64,000 nt of DNA from Squalus acanthias (taxonomy: Eukaryota). The stretch spans positions 158,784,001 to 158,848,000 of the forward strand of contig CM059431.1 of the NCBI GenBank assembly GCA_030390025.1. Reading direction: 5' to 3'. The notes beneath the pieces were generated by a model. The model searched no databases. It saw only the letters and a list, made by a program, of their open reading frames with translations, and was not told the DNA's origin. Positions 38,700-52,200 of this stretch are shown here, piece by piece. Every line of letters begins with the position of its first letter. Position 1 is the first letter of the stretch. Position numbers and translations under genes: made by a program.

Positions 38700-40230
38700 A
38701 ACAATATAAAGCACAGAAACAGGCCATTCGGGCCAACCAGTCCATTTATGTTCCACTCCAGCCTCCTCCCATCCTTCCTCATCAAACTATCAGCATAACC
38801 CTGTATTCCCTTCTCCCTCATAGGCTTATCAAGCCTCCCCTTAAATGCATCTATAATATTCGCTTCAACCACTCCCTGTTGTAGCGAGTTTCGCATTTTC
38901 AGCACTCTCTGGCTAAAGATGTTTCTCCTGAATTCCCTATTTCATTTCTTGGTGACTATCTTATATTGATGGCCTCAAGTCTTGCTCTTCACCTCAAGTG
39001 GAAACACTCTGTCTACTGTATCAAAACCTTAAGAATTTTAAAGACTTGTAATATGTCACTCGTAAATCCTCTCTTTTCACGAGAAAAGTGACCAAGCCTG
39101 TTCAAACTTTCCTGATATGTAGAACCGCGCAGTTTTGGTATCATCCTTGTAAATCCTTTTAGCACCTACTCCATTGCCTCTATATGCGTTTTCTATAATA
39201 CGGCGACCAGAACTGTACACATTACTCCAAGTCTGGTCTAACCAAGGTTCGATACAAGTGTATCATAACTTCCCTACTTTTCAATTCTATCCCTCTACAA
39301 AGAAATCCCAGTGCATGTTTTGCTCTTGTTATGCCTTTATTAACCTGCGTTGTAACTTTTAATGATTTGTGTATTTTTAATCCGAGATCACTTTGTTCCA
39401 CTACCCCATAAAGATTCTTATTTCTAAATAATTTGTGAACTCCTCACTTTTCTAACCAAAATGTGATAAAACACATGTATCTATGTTGATATTTATTTGC
39501 CAATTATATGCCGATTCTGCAAGTTTATTAATGGCTACCTGTAAATTATTGAAGTCCTCCTCAGTGTTGACTATCCGTCCTTATTTGAGGTTGTCCACGA
39601 ATTGAGTAATTTTATATTTGATTCAAAATTCTAAATCGTTCATGTAAATTGTGAACAACAGTGGTCTCAGCACTGATACTTGTGGAGCAGCACTATCCTC
39701 CTTCTGCCACTCTGAATAGCTACCCTTTACCCCCACTCTCTGATTTTTGTCCTGCAGCCACCAAGCTATCCATTCTGCTACGTGTCCCCTGACTCTTCAT
39801 GCTCTCACCTCATTCATTAGTTTATTATGTTGCACCTTATCAAAGACCTTTTAGAAATCCACAGAGATTACATCTACGACATTACCCCTGTCTACTCTCT
39901 CTGTTCCCTCGTCAAAGAATTCAATGAAGCTGCTCAAGCAAGAATTTCCCATTGAAATCCATGTTGAGTATTCATTATCATATTTTTGCTTGCTAGATTT
40001 TTTTCTATTTTCTCTTTCAGTACAATTTGCATTATTGTTCCTACTACTGATTTAAGCTGACTGGTCTTTAGTTTCCTCGATATGTTCTATCCCCCTTCTT
40101 ATATACAGGTATAACGTCAGACATCCGCGAGTCCTCTGGCATGACACCTGTATCGAACGAATTATTCAACATGTGTAACAGTGCCTTTTCACTATTTTAA
40201 TTAAAATGCACGGATTCTACCTTAATATAG
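38700..40230 (-). mobile_element. Old CR1 LINE 3' portion (RT)
   Basis: MRNSLQQGVVEANIIDAFKGRLDKPMREKGIQGY near the 3' end; decayed RT upstream. Confidence 0.8.
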
Positions 40231-42129
40231 CGCCCAGGAAGAGCCTTTTCTTCAAAACATCTCTTTCCTCCTTTAAGCCGCTCCTTAAAACCTCCCTCTC
40301 TGACGAAGCTTTTTGTTCACCTGTCCGAATATCTCCTTATGTGGCTCGGTATCACATTTTGTTTGATAACGCTCCTGTGAACAGCCTTAGGACGTTTTAC
40401 TACGTTAAAGATGCTATAGAAATAAAAGTGTTTTATTGTTCTTCTAGCCCTGTCCTGGAACCCTTTATTGTTTATGGCGTCCACATTATTTTTCTCCTCC
40501 TCAAAATGTTATGACCAGGAACATATCTCTGAATCCAGTGAAATCCCAGGCCCTGTAGTTTCGATACTAAATCACATCATCTCTCATGCTTCTGACTTTC
40601 CAAATGTCATTGGAATGATTTGTACATTTACAGGCATAACAGTCAATCCACAATCCAACTCTTTGTAATGTTGATCCTATTTTAACTTGAATTTTGTTAA
40701 CACCTAGTCAACTCATCTCAAACTACACGAAAACAGTCTTCCATTTTCCTGCTAGTAATTTTTAACTATTTCATAAATATTCTGTTTCAGCTCCAACAGT
40801 TTTATAAATTCCGCTCTCTGGTCTCAGATGTTGATTATTGCCCCCCGACATTCATATCAGTTGATACACTTCCCACTGCACCATTCAACTATTATGTAAA
40901 ACCATTGTTGTTGGTAGGTTCAGATCGCCACCGTCCCTTCCGTTCTCCCCGAACTCACTGTAGTGCACCAACAACCCGAATCCTTCTCTCCTGCTCCAGC
41001 CAAGTAGCCCCACATTGACTTGACTCATAATTCCCTTAATAAGCGTCCCAGTGCAAAAAATCCAGAGATAAACTCTTTGAGACCATATTTTTATTCAAGT
41101 GCCTGAGTCTTAATATTCCCTCTATACATGTTTTTCTATCCGTGTTACTGATTCCGAGCATGGGTAATTTCTGCTCTCCTTTCCTTCCCAGAGATGTTCC
41201 CACCTGTTCCATGATGTTCTTCCCTCTGGCACCGGGGAGGCATTTTAACATTCGGCACCTGCTCTGGGCTGCATAGGAGTCGGTCTATTCCCCTGAATAT
41301 TAAAAGTCCCAACACTATAGATCTCCTTTTCCTGTGCATCACATGCCTCTCATCCCACTATGGTAGCATCCTGCTCCCTGGTACCACACTGTTGCACAGG
41401 AAGACTCTCCTCTGAGTCACTGTCTCTATCCACATTACAGTCCCCAATACCAGGTATCTATTGAACAGTTCCAGTACTCAGTGGCTCCCTCCACCTGTGA
41501 CTGTGATGCCCCTCTAGATGGTCACTCACATCGCTTTTTCTACTCAGCCCCTGTTCTGTTCCCTCTTCCTGTGTGAGCTACAGGTTCTTGCACGTGATCT
41601 GGACCTTTTGTAAGGACAGGAATTATATGTTAAAGCATTTTCTGAACCTACCTGTGTCTTTCCTTATCCTTTTTGAAGATGCAAGATCTTCTCCCCTGTT
41701 TGGACCTTCAGCCATGGTCGGGACAGGCGTTCCAATATTCTGATGCTCTGTAAACATTATAATATTAACAGGAGTGTTAGAAGGAAGTATTAAAATAAGA
41801 AGGAGAACGCTGCCTTGTGAAACATGATATCAAGACCCTCCTCCCCCATCAGTTCAACAGCTGTTAGCTCTGGGTGTGAACATTTCCCGACTGTTATGAT
41901 CAACATGTCACATCAGGTGTGACAAAGACAGCTGCCCAATGAAAACCAGTGAGTTCTGCTGATCTTGCGTGTGCATGTTGGCTGGCGCTGCGGATACGAA
42001 CTGGTCACTTCTATTTACCACTCTTTTCTCTCCTTTACCTTATCTCTCTATCGCTCCCTGATTACTCTCTGCTCTCATTATGCCTCCTTTCATCTTTCCT
42101 CTCTCGGATACACTGCTCTTCCAAATCCC

Positions 42130-45100
42130 TACACCAACCCTTCATTACTCTTCGACCTTCCTAATTTCCTGTTGACTTCCCAGGTTGAAACCCTCTTAGA
42201 TAAGTCTACAGCCTTCCTCTGTGCCTGTCTTTGCATTCTCCGAACGGCCCACGGTGGCATTCGTTGCTGCCTCCTCACGAGCAGCAACCCCAAATGTATT
42301 ATCCTACTCTTTCGCCGACCTTCCCTCCCAGCCCGCACGCTGATTGCTAACCTTGCCAATCTCCTTCCCGTCCAACTCACCACTCCCAGCGCTAAACCTG
42401 TGGACACTGGCAATGCGTTAGCCATCACCGAACCTCTCCCCATTTCTCTCCAGAATGTCCATTCGCCATCGAACAAGGTCCTTGCCATCCATGAGATTAT
42501 CATGGATGATTGCATCGACATCATGGCCCTGATGGAAACGTGGCTGAGGGGTGATGACACCTTACCCTTAAATGAAGCCACCCCACCTGGCTATACCTTC
42601 CACCACTTGCCCAGCCAAGACAGCCATGGCGGCAGTGTGGCTCTTATCACCAAATCTCACCTTGGTCTGTCTCCCTACTCCTCCACCACTTCATCCTCCT
42701 TTGAGCATCACACATTATTCCACAACTCTCACCACATTTAAAATTCTCGTTCTCTATCCCCCACCCAAGTAACATTATAATTTTATCACCGAGATAGCTT
42801 CACTGATCTCTTCCCTCAGCATCTGCACCGAGCGACTTCTCATCCTCGGTGATTTCAACCTTCATCTCAATTCATGATGCTCTCTCTCCTCTGAGTTCAC
42901 TGCCCTGCAAACTCCCTTAATCTCTCCCTCCACGTAAACGCCCAAACCCATATTCAGGGCCACAACCTCGACCTTACCATCTCTCGTGGCCTCGCTACAC
43001 CCATCGTGTCAATTGCAGATAAAGCCTTCTCCTACCATTTGCTTCTGTCACTCTCCTCCCACCTCCACTTTCTCCCCAAACCCTACTACAATCTGTTTCC
43101 TCCCCTCTAAAAAAAACTCTCTCCCAACTCTCTTACAACTGCACTTATGAAATCCCAAAAAACAGCCTTTGGCCCTCCATTCACCACAACATTTCTGCAG
43201 CTACCGATCTGTTCAACCATACACTCACCAGCATCTTCGATGCCGTAGTCCCTATTAAATCAATTACACTGTCTCACCCTGGCTGTTCCAACAGGTATGG
43301 GTCTGATCTTAGCTCCCTTAAGTCCAAGAGACGCAGACTTGAACAGATATGGCGGACAACTGGTTTAGTCTTTCGTCATCACATCTGGCTGGATCACATA
43401 AAGCATTAAAGGTTCTTGCTCTCGTCTGCCAAAAATGCTCACTATTCCAGAATCATTATTGGAATGCAGAGCTAAACCCTGGCTTCTATTCTCCACGGCT
43501 AACCAAATTCTTATACCCCTATTCCCTGTCTCCTCCACTCTCACCTCAAATAACAAGAGCGTGGAGCTCATGAACTTCTTTGTTTCTAAGATTGACACCC
43601 TACTATCAGCTGCCTCTGCCACTTCTCTTCCTTCCCTTAGCCCACCAGGCCAAACTTCCCCTAAGTCTCGCCCCTACCCCACCCCTGAACTCGCATTTTT
43701 CTCCAGTTTCTCTCCGATCTCCGCTCCTGACTTCGCCGTGCTCATATGAGACCCACGTCCTGCTCCCTCGACCCTATTCCCAGCAAACTGCTGAAAACTC
43801 AACTTCCTTGTCAGGTTCCTTTCTTAGCTGACATTGTTAACGGTTCTCTCTCCTCAGGTACTGTGCCCCTCTCCTTCAAACCTGCCTTCATCACCACTCT
43901 CCTCAAAAAAACAACCCTCGACTCCTCCGTCCTTGCAATCTATCGCCCCATTTCCTACCTTCCTTCCCGCTCCAAAGTCCTTGAACATGTTGTCACCTCC
44001 CAAATCCATGCCCATCTTTCCCGGAACTCCATGTTTGAATCCCACCAATCAGGTTTCCGCCATTGCCACAGTACCGAAACGGCTCTCATCGAAGTCACAA
44101 ATGACACCGTTTGCGACTTTGACAAAGACAAAATATCCCTCCACGTCCTTCTCAACTTCTCAGCAGCCTTTGACACGTTTGACCACTCCACAGTCCTCCA
44201 GCGCCTTTCCACCGTCGTACAGCTGGGGGGTGGGGGGTGGGTGGGGCTGCACTCGTCTGGTTCCACTCTTATCTGTCGTAGCCAGAGACACAACTGGAAT
44301 GACTTCTCTTCCCGCTCCCACATGGTTACGTCTGTTGTTCCACAAAAATCTATCCTTGGCCCCCTGCTATTCCTCATCCACATGCTGCCCCTTGACGACA
44401 TCATCGGAAAACACAGCGTCAGTTCCCACATTATACGCTGACGACACCCAGCTCTACATCACCGCCACTTCTCTCGACCCCTCCACGGTCTCTAAATTGT
44501 CAGACTGCTTGTCCGACATCCAGTTCTGAATGATCAGAAATGTTCTCCAGTCAAATATTGCTAAGATATTGTTTTCATTCCCGCCACCGACTCCATCCCT
44601 CTCCTTAACATCTGCCTGAGGCCGAACCACACTCTTGGCAAACATATAGTCATTTTTGACACTGAACTGAGCTTTCTACCACCTATCTGCGGCATAACTA
44701 AGACCGCCTATTTCCACCTCTGTAACATCGCCCGTCACGGCTCTGCCTCATCTCATCTGCTGCTGGAACCCTCATCCATGCCTGTGTTACCTCTAGACTT
44801 GAATATTCCAACGCACTCCTGGCTGGCCTCCCACAATCTACCCTACGTAAACCTGACGTCATCCATATCTCGGATGCACGTGTCCTAACTCACACCAAGT
44901 CCCGTTCACCCATCACACCTGTGCTCGCTGACATACATTGGCTCCTGGTTAAGCAACGCCTCGATTTCAAAATTCTCACCCTTGTTTTCAATTCCCTCCA
45001 TGGCCTCGACCCTCCCTACCTCTAATGTCTTCCAGCAAATGCTATGGGCCCCGACAACATCCCGGCTATCGTGCTGAAGACTTGTGCTCCAGAACTAGCC

Positions 45101-46890
45101 GCGCCTCTAGCCAAGCTGTTCCAATACAGCTACAACACTGGCATCTATCCGACTGGTAAACTGCCCAGGTATGTCCTGTCCTCAAAAAGACTAACAAATC
45201 CAACTCAGCCAGTTACCGCCCGATTAGTCTGCTCTCAATCATCAGCCATGTGATTGAATGTGTCATCGATAGTGCTCTCAAGCGGCACTAACTCACAAAT
45301 AACCTGCTCACTGTTGCCCAGTTTGGGTCCACTCAGCTCCCGAACTCATCATAGCCTTGTTTCAAACATGGACAAATGAGCTGAATTCCAGAGGTGAGGT
45401 GAGAGTAACTGCCCTTGACATAAAGGCAGAATTTGACTGGGTGTGGCTTCAAGGAGCCCTAGTAAAATTGAAGTCATATGGGAATCGGGGGGGAAACGCT
45501 CCATTGCTGGAGACATATCCAGCACAAAGGAAGATGGTTCTGGTGGTTTAAGCTCAATCATCACAGCCCCAGGACATCGCTGCAGGTGTTCCTCAGGGCA
45601 GTGTCCTAGAGCCAACCATCTTCAGCTGCTTCATCAATGACCTTCCCTCCAACAAAAGGTGAGAAATGTGAATCTTCGCTGATGACTGCACAGTGTTCAG
45701 CGCCATTCACAATTCCTAATATAATTTAGCTGTCCATGCCCGCATGCAACAAGACCTGGACGAAGTTTAGGCTTGTGCTGATAATTGGCAGGTAACATTC
45801 GTTCCACAGAAGTTCCCGGCAATGACTATCTCCAACAAGCGAGAGTCTAACCATCTCCCCTTGACATTCAACATCGAATCTCCAACCATCAATACCCTGG
45901 GGGTCACCGTTGACCTGAAACTTAACTAGATCAGCCACATAAAAACTATGGCAACAAGCGCAGGTCAGAGGCTAGGTATTCTGCGGCGAGTGTATCACCT
46001 CCTGATTCCCCAACACCTTTCCATCATCTACAAATCACAAGTAAGGGGCGTGATGGAATACTCTCCATTTGCCTGGATGAGTGCAGCTCCAGCAACACTC
46101 AAGAACCTCGACAAAATCCAGGACAAAGCAGCCCGCTTGATTGGCACCACATCCACCACGTTAAACATCCACTCCCTCCGCCACCGGCGTACCGTGGCTG
46201 CAGTGTGTACCATCGAGAAGATGCACTACAGCAACTCGCCAAGGATATTTTGGCAGCACCTCCCAAACCCGCGACCTCTTCCACCTAGAAGGACAAGGAC
46301 AGCAGGCGCATGGGAACACCACCACCTCCAGGTTCCCCTTCAAGTCACACACCATACTGACTTAGAAGTATATCGCTGATCCTTCATCGTCGCTGGATCA
46401 AAATCCTGGAACTCTGTAAATAAAAGCACTATGGGAGTATCTTCACCACACAGACGGCAGCTTTCCAAGAAGGCAGGTCACCAACACCTTCTCAAGGGCA
46501 ATTAGGGATAGGTAATAAATGCTGGCCTTTCCAGCGACACCCACATCCCGTAAACGAATAAGAAGTCCCACCCCCACGCGAGATAAATGCTCTCCTATAA
46601 TTCTGCCCTCTTGAGCATCCCTGATAATAATCGCTCAAGCATTGGTGGCCGTGCCATCTGTTGCCTAGGCACTAATTTCTGGAAATCCCTCCCTAAACCT
46701 CACCGACTCTCGACTTCACTTTCCTTCTTTAAGTCGCTCCTTAAAACTTACCTCTTTGACCAAGCTTTTAGTTATCTACCCTAATTTCTCCTTACCTGGC
46801 TCGGTATCAAGTTTTTGTCTTATAATACACCTGTGAAGCGCATTTGGGACGTTTTACTCCTATCGACGCGCTATATAAATACAATTTGTT
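42130..46890 (+). mobile_element. Longest L2-clade LINE copy (endonuclease + RT + 3' end), interrupted by another LINE
   Basis: LQNVHSPSNKVLAIHEIIMDDCIDIMALMETWL, LGDFN, SLDPIPSKLLK, QSGFRHCHSTETAL, LYADDTQLY, FKSLLKTYLFDQAF. Confidence 0.93.
45037..46565 (+). mobile_element. Different CR1-group LINE (RT 3' half) nested in the L2 3' end
   Basis: GPDNIPAIVLKTCAPELAAPLAKLFQYSYNTG, ALDIKAEFDWVW, FADD, IYKSQVRGVMEYSPFAW; L2 text resumes at ~46566. Confidence 0.88.
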
Positions 46891-47101
46891 GTTGATCTCC
46901 ACAACCGAGTTCCAGATGTGCTCCCGTCGGCCGGGACTCCGCACTGAGAGTGCCCGTTTGTAAGCTTTACTCACGGTGCACGCCAAAACCAGCCTTATTC
47001 CTGAGGTAGAGAATATTCTGTAGCGAAATTTGGAGCTTGTGATTATTGATAAATTAAATGATCCTTCACTAGGTTTTACACTCTGGCGGTATAATATTAT
47101 A

Positions 47102-47107
47102 TTTATT
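47102..47107 (-). promoter_or_regulatory. Candidate polyadenylation signal of the death-fold/TM gene
   Basis: AATAAA on the minus strand ~610 nt after the predicted stop codon. Confidence 0.35.
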
Positions 47108-47718
47108 CACCGATTTTTGTTTAATATTTTGCATTTGCTGTATTTTGATATTATTTCTTGTAGTTTATGACTATGATATCGATCCACACACAAAATATTT
47201 CCAGATGTGATCCCTCTGGTCTCTATGGGCTGTGACATTGTCCGTGTGTTACTGGAGATGAGTCCTGTTTGGTGCTTCTATTTGAATATATTGACCATAT
47301 CTCTCATGGTGTCAGCAGCTGAGGAATCAGCACTGTAGCAGGTGAGGTCACTTACCACTGTTCCACTAATATTAACAGTTATGAATAATATTATCAATCA
47401 TGTAAACTTTAAACAGTGAGATGATGCACAGCATTGATTTCTGGAATATATTTAGGGGACTGACAATCTCAGAATTGGCCATTAATATACAAGTGGTAGA
47501 TTTAACTGCTGTTTTACAATCACAATTCTCCACTTGTGCGCGTGTCTCGCTGTGTGTGTTCACACACGTGCGTCCAATCAAACTCTCAGTCAGTGTCCTT
47601 TCCTTTCCCCACTGGGGAAAAATAGTTTCAGTTCCGGATAAGTAATTTCTCCAAAATATAGTTGAAGTTATATTTCGGAATTAATTTAGAACAAAGCTTG
47701 AGACCTTGTAAAACTCAA

Positions 47719-47736
47719 TTATCTGCTGTTTGATAC
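47719..47736 (-). CDS. Death-fold/TM gene, putative last coding exon (VSNSR*)
   Basis: Acceptor ttatttctttgttatactag|GTA TCA AAC AGC AGA TAA, phase 0; similarity to the 24.8 kb paralog ends at this acceptor. Confidence 0.5.
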   Translation of the reverse strand, partial: VSNSR

Positions 47737-48057
47737 CTAGTATAACAAAGAAATAAGTCACATAAGTCACAACAACAACTTGCATTTCCACAGCTTGAGT
47801 GGAGTACAAACGCCGGCATGGTCTGGTTGGGCGGAATCGCCTGTTCTTTGAGGTATCTCCTATGTAATCGTATGTAATTCACATTTCGCACTCCATACTT
47901 TTCTCGCATCGTGCTCTACTTCATCCGGGCATCTGCCTACTTCATTTTTTGTTAATTCTGCCTCCCATTTTTTACTAACTCCTAACGGTTCACATGTATT
48001 TCGTTATACCCTCTATTCCCCCCGCCAACAAAGATACTTCCTCTTGACGTTGCTTAC

Positions 48058-48083
48058 TGAACCGGCATCCTGCTGTGATTTAC
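48058..48083 (-). CDS. Death-fold/TM gene, 26-nt tail exon (GKSQQDAGS)
   Basis: taatttcag|GT AAA TCA CAG CAG GAT GCC GGT TCA|gtaagc; phase 1 to 0; read-through would end VSNVKRKYLCWRGE* at 48013. Confidence 0.6.
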
Positions 48084-48887
48084 CTGAAATTAATTTAGCA
48101 GATAATAAAAGAGTTCTCTTCCTTTTATTGGCAGGGATGCGGCGTTGGCAGTTTGCGGGGGCGTCCGACTCGAAACCAATCGATTGATGAATGTTACATT
48201 CATTTATTTCCCTTAACTCCAAGATCAAGCGGGTGCTCAAAATGAACAAGACATACCATTGAACAGCGAAAGGAAACGGTGAACGGGTTAACAAGTGAAA
48301 AGGGAATATTGTGAACTCAATTGCAATCACACTAATTTTTGTGGATATCACTACAATGAGTAATAAGGAAATAATTTTGGGAAAACAGTTTGCGATATGA
48401 ATAGAAAATAATCAGGCAGTCATCAATAATTCGGCCAATACATGACCGTAGCTGGTATAATTAAAGAACTGAACGTACATCACTATAAAACTCAGAGGGA
48501 TTTGCGGGAGTCGGGTCGGAGAAAGGCGTGAGAGTTATCTCTGTTAATAAAGACAAAACCTCATCATCAACAACTTGCATTTGTACGGCGTCTTTAACGT
48601 GGAAAATAAATATTCCAAGGCGCCTAAAGGAAGTTTTACAGATATAAGAACGCACACATCCGGGACAACGAAAATGATAAAAAGGGTTCAAAAGATTTAG
48701 ATGAAGTGCAGTCAAAAAAGTAGTTTTTTGAGCATAAGTTTAATGATTACCAGGGGACGTAGAAATGGATAATTTAGGGAGAGAATAACAAAGTGAGTAG
48801 TGTATTTCTTTTTCTCCACCAAAAATGCAACTGGTTATTTCACTATTTGTATTTCCTGCATCTTTACTGTCGGCGGTGCAATCTTAC

Positions 48888-49016
48888 CGAGATTTTTCCG
48901 GTTTTGCCAACAACACGTCAACAGAAATCCTACGGCTCCCACCAGTATTGCAACTAAGACTGCAACCGTGACGATTATCTTGCCGATTTCGTCCATTATT
49001 GCAGTATCGTCAATCT
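48888..49016 (-). CDS. Death-fold/TM gene, transmembrane exon (EIDDTAIMDEIGKIIVTVAVLVAILVGAVGFLLTCCWQNRKNL)
   Basis: ttctttaatttacag| acceptor, G|gtaaga donor, 129 nt, phase 1-1; ~21 consecutive apolar/small residues followed by CC and RK. Confidence 0.85.
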
Positions 49017-49221
49017 CTGTAAATTAAAGAATATGTTTGAGGTTTGTTTTTCAAGTATTCATTGACAGTCCAAATAGTCTCAAACAATTAGAAAAGCTGC
49101 TGTTATTTCATAACACTCAGTGAAAAAAAAACTCTAAGCGAAAGATGAACCATCCGTGAATATGTAAGAAAGTAAAGGATGGTGTGAACTTGAGAATAAA
49201 AGCATATAATGTTGCGAAGAA

Positions 49222-52200
49222 TAGCAGCTCTTCTTTAGAGCCTTTCAAACAGTGAGACGGCCATTGGCGCCTCACAGAGCAGGAATTTAGAGTTAAAGCT
49301 GCCTCTTTTCCGTAGAGTTAAGAGAAACGACCTAGTATTTGCAACATGTGGAGGTTGTTTAAAGTAAGTAGGAAGTAAAGAGTGGAAGCCCAAGGCAACG
49401 GATTCCAGACAATGGTGCTGACGACTTTGTTGGAGTCCGGAGCAGAGGAACCAATAATCTGGGGACCACAGCAAAGGGAGAGGATGGACCAGAAATAAAA
49501 GAGGGTTTCTGAAGATGACTGTAAAATTAAGACGCTCGAGACCGTAAAGGGAATTGTAGATGAGTAGGAGTCTTTCACAAATTGTTTGGGATAGCAAGTG
49601 AATGTCGGTCACCGACGAATGGGATTATGGATAAGTGGAAATGAGGGTGAACTGATGAATTGAAGCAGTCGAGCTCTGGAGATTCTATCTGGCAGTGCCC
49701 AAAAGCCGTTTAAGGAATCGAGTCTAAACCTCACAAAAGCGTATCTAAATCACGAGCAAATATTCATATGTTATCATATATCCAGAAAATTAAAATATGA
49801 TGCTTGCGGACGGTGATCTGAGAATCCATTCGAAATGTATTGCTTGGAATCACCAGATGCTGCTGATCAATTACAACTAGTCGTGACTGTCGCTTGTTAG
49901 CCTAAAGAGCTAATAAATAATGCACAGATAGTTAAAGAAAGTAACAGTAAATGCAAGCTCATTCCTTCTTTCTTGGGAAAACTAAACTGCGATACGGACC
50001 GGAGAAATTGAAATACTGTGAATGTAAATGTACTCAAAATAAATTTGATTGATATCAATACAACAATTAAAAGAACACACCATTGGGATAAAGTTATTGA
50101 TATCAAATTGAAAAAATAACTAAATCTCAAATACCACGTCTGAAACATGGCAATAGCTGGTAGGAATCATAATTGAATGTACCTGATTCTAAAATGCCTA
50201 TCGATGTAAGTAGAAAGACCTGAGAGATACTAAATGAAGAACGTCCCGGAATTAGCGGTCAGCGCGAAGCAAAGGCATTTGCTGCGGCCACAAAGTATGC
50301 TTGACACAAAGATCTCGCAATCAGGTTTTCCGAAGTGTAATTCAAATCAACGGAGCATCATTGGGAATCCCGAGTGCAAGCTGCTGTGAAGTCAACAGGC
50401 TGTCTAAGCATCCAAACAAAACGCAGAATTCTCACAGAGAGCGAACAAGGAAGTGAATAAGCTGTTGAACTTCTAACATTTCAAAATATCATTCAGCGAA
50501 CGAAACAAATATTGCGGCTCTAACATGCGGAAAATGCAAAGCAGAAATAAGGAAGAAAAATCTTTTAAAATAATTACATTTTCAGAATAATGTTCATTTT
50601 TATTTAAATTAATAAAGTTGTCTCTGCACAACATAAAAATTCGATTTTCTGGCCATCACATCGGTTTAGAATTCAATACGCTGTTGCAATCCAGTTACAC
50701 CCTTCCCTTTCAGTCAAACTTTTAGTGGGGAATTCAAGAGCGCAATTACGGTGAAAGAGCCGAAGATTACATCAGTTTTCCTGATTTGAGAGTTTTCCCT
50801 GATGACCGGCTCTGGGTGGGCACAGCGCAGCCTCTGCAATTTTATTGGAGTCAAAGGAAGGGAACATAGGACCGAGCGAACAACGGGCAACCGATGCAAT
50901 GCCGGCCGTTTTTCGGCGAGGACAGAACACAGACCGTATCTCATCCATCGCCTGTTATATGTTGCGCGCGAATAAACTTGAATTGAGCTGAATATCGGGC
51001 GTGTGTGCAACTGTCGACAAATGTCATCCGGCCATTGTGTGTCCCCGACAATTAGAATTTCATCCATCTGGACATCAACTTAAAATAAGTTTCTCGACAT
51101 AAATAATGAACTCTCTTACTATGAAAGTAAACGAGATCTTTTGCAATTAGATTTTGACATCGCCTACCTTCTAGATCATGTTTTGTCCCTGTATCTCTGT
51201 TCTGTATCTCTGACAATGTCGCTTTCAGTTTGGGTTCTGTATTCTGCAGTTGAAGAAATATGTTCCACATTGTTCTTTCTCCCCGAGCTCCCTTTTCCAG
51301 CACGATATCGAAAATGCGTTGGGATGCATTGTTTCTGCGCGGACTTTCAGCAAGTGTACTGATTTCCTAAAAACATATTGCAATCATATTGAACAAAGTA
51401 TTTTACAAAATCAACTAAGAAACGTCGGTTTTGTTTCTCCCTCTCTTTATGGGAGGAATGAATAGAAAAGCTCACAATCAGGTGACCAAAATCTATGTCA
51501 TCGCGGTAAGTTATAAGGAGCGTCTCTAAAGAGCAGAGAATGGCAGACGGCCGGAGAGGATTACAGAGTTAATTCCAGAGTTTAGGACCGAGAGAGCACA
51601 ACGCACCGCTAACAATGGTGGCGTGAAGAGAATCGGGGTTGCGCAATGGTGCAGAATTTGATGAGCACAGAGATCACGGAGGATTGTAGGGCTGGAGGAT
51701 GCTGCACAGATAGAGAGGACTAGCGTTGAGTCACCGAGGGAAGTTGAATTTTCTCAACTGATATGAAAAAATGTTAAGTGCCAAATAAAAGGGGAAAAGT
51801 CAGATTTCAGGAATATGGTTCGTGCAAAATGAAACATTATTTGTTGTTAGTAACAGCAATATTCTGGAAAGCTCACAAAGTGCTTTCAGAAACTCAAACT
51901 GCACAGATTGCAAAACAATGCGGGTGAAATTGGAATCGGCCAGTCGCATGACAGGTGCTGATAGCGAATGGTCGACTCGTGTTACACGCGTCCGTATTTC
52001 TTTACCATTGATTGCAATTAGACTTCCGTTCATTTCAAGTATCATTCATCGAAACAGTAGCACAAGCTTATCAGTCAATCCTTCATCTTCTATATGAAAC
52101 ATTTGCTTTGAATACCTGAATAGTCCTGTCTTATGAGTAACTATATTATTTGAAGTGTTTATGAAATGTGATCATTGTCCCGAAAACTGTCTCATGCCAA

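Noticed and set aside
49897..50148. Hydrophobic 83-aa ORF repeated at 56834-57085
   Set aside because: T-rich intronic sequence; conservation is explained by the recent duplication; no convincing splice sites noted
50714..51067. 117-aa ORF with a paralog at 57651-57971
   Set aside because: No recognisable motif or exon boundaries; a small extra exon between B and TM cannot be fully excluded without RNA data
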